A stretch of DNA of 64,000 bases, from the IMG/VR virus record IMGVR_UViG_3300006467_000454, positions 1-64,000 of that record; one strand, written 5' to 3'. Below the pieces are notes generated by a model. The model ran no database searches. It was not told where the DNA came from and was given only the letters and a program-made list of their open reading frames with translations. The translations under genes were made by a program, and so were the position numbers. Source of the stretch: a virus (Duplodnaviria; Caudoviricetes). The stretch's first letter is position 1. Each line of letters starts with the position of its first letter. Shown here one piece after another: positions 59,841 through 64,000 of this stretch.

Positions 59841-60335
59841 ATGGCAAACAAAAGTAGGCACATTCCTATTTCGGAATATTATTCTATTTTGCAATTAGAA
59901 TATATATCGTTTAGGCTTCGTGAAGCTATTTATCAAAAGAAGTACTCAGAGAAGTACAAACCTTATTGTGAAGGTAAAAAAGAAAAGATTGAAAGTATTG
60001 CATTGCAAAATTGTTTACCTTCAATTTTTAATTCGGAAACCTCAAGAGAAAAATATTTGGGGAAGTTTTTCAATGAATTTGGATTGCCCAATTTTACCTA
60101 TAAGAATGAAGATTCTAAGGAGAAAATGGGTAAGTGGGATAAGTATTATTATTTTTCTCCTGGGACTTCCGTTAAATTTAAGGTAGAAGATAGCAAGGAT
60201 ATCCAAATCGGGACTATCGTTTCTAATTTGATTGAGGAAGAATCAGTTGTTGTAAAAACAATTGAAAAAGAAGAATTCACGTTGGCATATAGCAAAGTTG
60301 CCCGTATGCTCGTGGAAAGTTTGTTTAATTTTTAA
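59841..60335 (+). CDS. hypothetical protein
   Basis: ORF after the primase. Confidence 0.6.
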   Translation: MANKSRHIPISEYYSILQLEYISFRLREAIYQKKYSEKYKPYCEGKKEKIESIALQNCLPSIFNSETSREKYLGKFFNEFGLPNFTYKNEDSKEKMGKWDKYYYFSPGTSVKFKVEDSKDIQIGTIVSNLIEEESVVVKTIEKEEFTLAYSKVARMLVESLFNF

Positions 60336-60345
60336 TTTTTGGAAA

Positions 60346-60861
60346 ATGTTAAATGTAAAAATCAAGCCTGAAAGAATCAATTTTCAGAAACCAGTAAAAG
60401 GAAGTAAAGATGCAGCGTGTTGGGATGTTTATGCTTCCAAAATTGAAGAAAAGCCAGATGGGTTGGTGATTGTTTATTTAGGGTTCAGTACTGAAATCCC
60501 TGTTGGCTATAAGGGTGTTATCGTAGCCCGTTCCAATATCACTAAATATGGCTGGTGTATTCCTAATGCTCCTGGACAAATTGATCCAGATTTCCGCAAT
60601 GAGTGGCAAGTTAGATTCCGCAGATTGCCTATGTTCCGTGAAAAAGAATTAGTGGGGAATCCACGTTGTAAAAACGGGGAAGGGGAATTGTATTCCAAAA
60701 CTCAAGATTTCTTAGAGATGCATTCGTTCCCTTATAAGCAAGGTGAAAGGGTTGCCCAAATCTACTTTGAAAAAGAAGAAGAAGTTGTTTGGCAAGAAGT
60801 TAAAGAAACCAATGATACCGAGCGTGGCTTGGGTGGCTTTGAAAGCACTGGGAGATCATAA
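60346..60861 (+). CDS. dut: trimeric dUTPase with an insertion
   Basis: ACWDV, RSN, GQIDPDFRNE, GERVAQ, RGLGGFESTG. Confidence 0.88.
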   Translation: MLNVKIKPERINFQKPVKGSKDAACWDVYASKIEEKPDGLVIVYLGFSTEIPVGYKGVIVARSNITKYGWCIPNAPGQIDPDFRNEWQVRFRRLPMFREKELVGNPRCKNGEGELYSKTQDFLEMHSFPYKQGERVAQIYFEKEEEVVWQEVKETNDTERGLGGFESTGRS

Positions 60862-60864
60862 TCT

Positions 60865-60948
60865 TATTTAAATTCATTATAAATAGGTGTTCTAGAGGGG
60901 GAAATCTCCCCTTTTATTTTGTAGATAAAAATCTAAAGATTAATTTTG
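60865..60948 (+). promoter_or_regulatory. palindrome + terminator hairpin + sigmaA-type promoter
   Basis: TATTTAAA-ttcat-TATAAATA; AGGGGG/CTCCCCTTTT hairpin; TTTG(60918)-N19-TAATTTTG(60941). Confidence 0.75.
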
Positions 60949-60989
60949 AATCATCAAGAAGTCAAATTTTAATCTAAAAAATAGAAAAA

Positions 60990-61964
60990 ATGGGCGTAAG
61001 CGTAAAAGATGTATTGAAAAGAAAATACAAGAAACTGAAAGATGATGAGATCATCGATATGTTATCAACTGAGTTGAAAGAAGAAGAACGTGAAGTTCTT
61101 TTGGAACTTGCTAAGAAAAGGAAAATCATTAATGATATTCCGGAATCTACTGAGGAAGTTGAAGAAATTCCTTATGAAAAACCTGACGCTAAATTGGTGA
61201 AAAAGGCTGTGAAAATTTTTGATGATTTTGCCGAAAATCAGGAAACTGATCTTTACGGTAAGGCAGCGGAGATCATTAAAGATCGTGAAATTTCTGAACT
61301 TTCTAAGCATGAAGTTGAAGCGATTATTGCTTTGAAACCTGCTACAAAACGTAAAAAGGCTCCAGCAAAGGCAAAAACTGAAAAACCTGAAAAAGCGGAG
61401 AAAAGTGAAAAGGCTGCTAAATCCGGAAAGGGAAAAGGCAAGGAGAAAGAAAAGGTTGAAGAGCCTAAAGCTGAAGAAAAAGTAGAAAAGCCTGAAAAAA
61501 CGGAAAAGAAAGAAAAAGCTGTTTCGTTTAAAGCCTTTAAGGATCTTGCCATGAAAGCGGAAAACGTGAACGATTTTTATGAAGCCGTTAAGGAAATGAA
61601 AGATGTTCCTAAGAAAACTGTCGATAAGTTTTATAAGAAGTACGGTCAGGATGGTAAATTGGCGGAGTTTGAAGCCCTTAAAGTTTTCTATGATGAAACT
61701 ATGGAAAAGAAAGAAAAGGCTAAAACAAGCAGCAAGCGTAAGCCATTTGTGGAGCTTGATGAATCTGCTGAGGTTAAAGGTTTGAAACTTGGTTCAAAAG
61801 TTTCTTTCAAAGCTCACCACCTTTCTAAAAAAGCAGGTGAACAAATTAAGGGTAAAGTTACCCGTATCATCATTGCTAATCGTGATAGCAAGGAGTACAT
61901 CAAAATTGAAACCAAAAATGATGGTGAATTCCACAAGAGAGCGAATTCTGTAGAAATATTATAA
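60990..61964 (+). CDS. Lys/Glu-rich hypothetical protein
   Basis: Low-complexity EK/KA repeats; has its own promoter. Confidence 0.7.
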   Translation: MGVSVKDVLKRKYKKLKDDEIIDMLSTELKEEEREVLLELAKKRKIINDIPESTEEVEEIPYEKPDAKLVKKAVKIFDDFAENQETDLYGKAAEIIKDREISELSKHEVEAIIALKPATKRKKAPAKAKTEKPEKAEKSEKAAKSGKGKGKEKEKVEEPKAEEKVEKPEKTEKKEKAVSFKAFKDLAMKAENVNDFYEAVKEMKDVPKKTVDKFYKKYGQDGKLAEFEALKVFYDETMEKKEKAKTSSKRKPFVELDESAEVKGLKLGSKVSFKAHHLSKKAGEQIKGKVTRIIIANRDSKEYIKIETKNDGEFHKRANSVEIL

Positions 61965-61973
61965 AAAGTTTCT

Positions 61974-63035
61974 ATGTATAATAATCGTATTGTCATTGAT
62001 TTAGATGACACAATATCCGTTACATTTGATAGGGACTGGGAAAATTCAACCCCAGTCCTTCCTGTCATTGGAAAAATTAATCAACTGTATGATTTAGGTT
62101 GGGAGATTTGCATTGTTACTGCAAGGGGTCAATTAAGTTGTAAAGGAGATTCAAAAAAAGCCGATGATAAATACCGTACTCAAATTGAAACTTGGCTCAA
62201 GAAACACGGAGTCAAATACACTTCTTTATCATTTGAGAAAGTATTAGCCACATATTATGTTGATGATAAATCATTGTCACCTGAGGATTTCACAAAATTG
62301 AATGTTGTGGGATTACAGGGGGGATTGTCTGGCGCCAAAATTGAAAAGGTGGGGGATAAGGTTTACAAGACACATAAAAACTCTCTTCAGGCTGTTAAAT
62401 GGTATTCCATAATTGAAAACTATGATATTCGTATTCCTAAAATACATAGTATTATTGGGGATACTATTTGCATGGAATATATAGAGGATTGCCCAATAAA
62501 GCAACCCCATTTCCCTAGCCTTACAAAAGCCATTGATATTTTTTCTGGGATTAAGGTGAAAGGGGTTCCGTTTGATAATTATATTGAGCGTATCCATAAG
62601 CATGCGGAATATCATGGTGAGTTTTCTGAGATAGTTGACGAATTGGTTTTACATTCAAAATTTTATGAGGAGTTTTCTTCATTTTGTCATGGGGATTTTT
62701 CTATTGATAACATTTTAATCGATAGGAAAGGTTCCCATTATTTGATTGACCCAATTTATGAAGAAGATTCATGGAGTTCATGGCTTTTGGATGTTTCTAA
62801 ATTGGCTCATTCTTATAGAAGGTATGATAAAGTTGATACCCTTTGGAATATTTATGAGCATTATAGGCATAAGGTAGACTGGAATCATCTTAAACTATTA
62901 GAAATAACTCAATGGATCAGGGTGCTAAAATACCTTAAAGACCAGAGGGAGATAAACAGATTTAGAAACACAATAGACGTTATGATGTATGAATATTTTG
63001 GTAGAAATAGAAAACCTAAAACTAAATGGTTCTAA
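61974..63035 (+). CDS. HAD phosphatase fused to an APH/choline kinase-like domain
   Basis: IDLDDTI, VTARG, K...YYVDD (HAD); GGLSGA, HGDFSIDNIL, LIDP (kinase). Confidence 0.82.
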   Translation: MYNNRIVIDLDDTISVTFDRDWENSTPVLPVIGKINQLYDLGWEICIVTARGQLSCKGDSKKADDKYRTQIETWLKKHGVKYTSLSFEKVLATYYVDDKSLSPEDFTKLNVVGLQGGLSGAKIEKVGDKVYKTHKNSLQAVKWYSIIENYDIRIPKIHSIIGDTICMEYIEDCPIKQPHFPSLTKAIDIFSGIKVKGVPFDNYIERIHKHAEYHGEFSEIVDELVLHSKFYEEFSSFCHGDFSIDNILIDRKGSHYLIDPIYEEDSWSSWLLDVSKLAHSYRRYDKVDTLWNIYEHYRHKVDWNHLKLLEITQWIRVLKYLKDQREINRFRNTIDVMMYEYFGRNRKPKTKWF

Positions 63036-63426
63036 AATAGGCTTCACTGCAAGCTCTTTTGATTTGATGCATCCTGGACATATCGCAATGTTATCAGAAG
63101 CAAAATCAAAATGTGATTACTTGATAGTGGGGTTGTTGACAGACCCAACAATTTCTAGGTACGGTTCAAAAAATAAGCCTGTCCAAACTACTTTTGAAAG
63201 GTTCATTCAGGCTCAAGCTTTAGGCTGTGTTGATTTCATAATCCCATTTGATACCGAAGAAGATTTGGAGCAAATGTTGAAATTGATAATGCCTGACATT
63301 CGGTTCGTTGGTGAGGAGTATAAAGATAAAGATCACACGGGTAAAAATATCGATGGGATTGAAATCTTTTACAATAAGCGAAAGCATAATTATAGTTCTT
63401 CAGAATTAAGGGGGAGGTTAAAATGA
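62989..63426 (+). CDS. cytidylyltransferase (TagD-like)
   Basis: SFDLMHPGH, LIVGL, KNKPVQ...ER, YSSS.LR. Confidence 0.88.
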   Translation: MNILVEIENLKLNGSKIGFTASSFDLMHPGHIAMLSEAKSKCDYLIVGLLTDPTISRYGSKNKPVQTTFERFIQAQALGCVDFIIPFDTEEDLEQMLKLIMPDIRFVGEEYKDKDHTGKNIDGIEIFYNKRKHNYSSSELRGRLK

Positions 63427-64000
63427 AAAGATATAAAATAGCATATATGGTGCATCGTGGGGATACCAATGGAGGATTCCCACAGCACACGGAAACTATT
63501 ATCCATGCCTTAAAGGAATTAGGGCATCAGGTTAAATTCTTCTATCTGGATTATTGCGTTGGGGATAAAGCTTCTTTTATGGCTAAGAAAGTAGAACTTT
63601 TCCAGAATGGAGAGCTGATGCGTCAGGGTCATGAATTGCAAATCACCAAAGGGATAGGGACAGGGGAGTTTTACGATTCTGAAAAGGGTTGGTTTTGTCC
63701 AGTAACTCCATATAAAAATATGGATGATAAAAAGAAGCTGAAAGCAGAGTTGGAAGAATACGACGCTGTATTTTGGCATACTCCATTTTGGTTCAAACAA
63801 AAGCCTACATTAATGGATACGGATTGGCCAATGTTATTGGATTTGGAAAACCCAGTAAATATTGGAATGGTTCACGATGCTAATTTAAGGGCAAATGGGG
63901 CGTGGCAGTATTTTATAAGCAAATACTTTGACAAAATAATTACAGTCCATTTTGCTTCCTACAATTCAGCCTCAGTGCTACCTGTAAAACGTACCTTGAT
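63423..64000 (+). CDS. partial glycosyltransferase-like protein (runs off the window)
   Basis: ATGA overlap with the cytidylyltransferase stop. Open frame MKRYKIAYMVH...GG......IHALKELGHQV...YDAVFWH...MVHD resembles a GT-B N-terminus. It is absent from the ORF track because it has no stop in the window. Confidence 0.6.
   Translation, partial: MKRYKIAYMVHRGDTNGGFPQHTETIIHALKELGHQVKFFYLDYCVGDKASFMAKKVELFQNGELMRQGHELQITKGIGTGEFYDSEKGWFCPVTPYKNMDDKKKLKAELEEYDAVFWHTPFWFKQKPTLMDTDWPMLLDLENPVNIGMVHDANLRANGAWQYFISKYFDKIITVHFASYNSASVLPVKRTL

Overview
The window is a 64-kb, AT-rich segment of a large contractile-tailed phage, and every credible gene lies on the + strand. Five TTTG-N19-TAnnTTTG promoters, the lack of Shine-Dalgarno sites, a Bacteroidota-like GroEL and a Bacteroidota-like tmRNA 5' end point to a Bacteroidota host. 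Layout: (1) 0.2-9 kb, accessory genes: SPFH protein, groES-groEL, a vWA + divergent PurA-like operon and an amidase. (2) 9.1-12.9 kb, a dense RNA locus: a circularly permuted two-piece tmRNA, a Ro60/TROVE gene, three Y-RNA-like RNAs each carrying a different tRNA-like module, two tRNA-framed RNAs with non-tRNA cargo, and seven conventional tRNAs. (3) 12.9-53.6 kb, Herelleviridae-like head, tail and baseplate genes, including a Nudix + ADP-ribosyltransferase multidomain protein next to the prohead protease. (4) 53.6-64 kb: exonuclease, terminase, helicase, primase, dUTPase and the start of a HAD/kinase + cytidylyltransferase + glycosyltransferase cluster. The best candidate for an undescribed system is the Ro60/Y-RNA/permuted-tmRNA/tRNA-scaffold locus. 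The second is the putative protease-processed, virion-packaged effector polyprotein. All calls come from motif recognition and base-pairing by eye; no searches were run.
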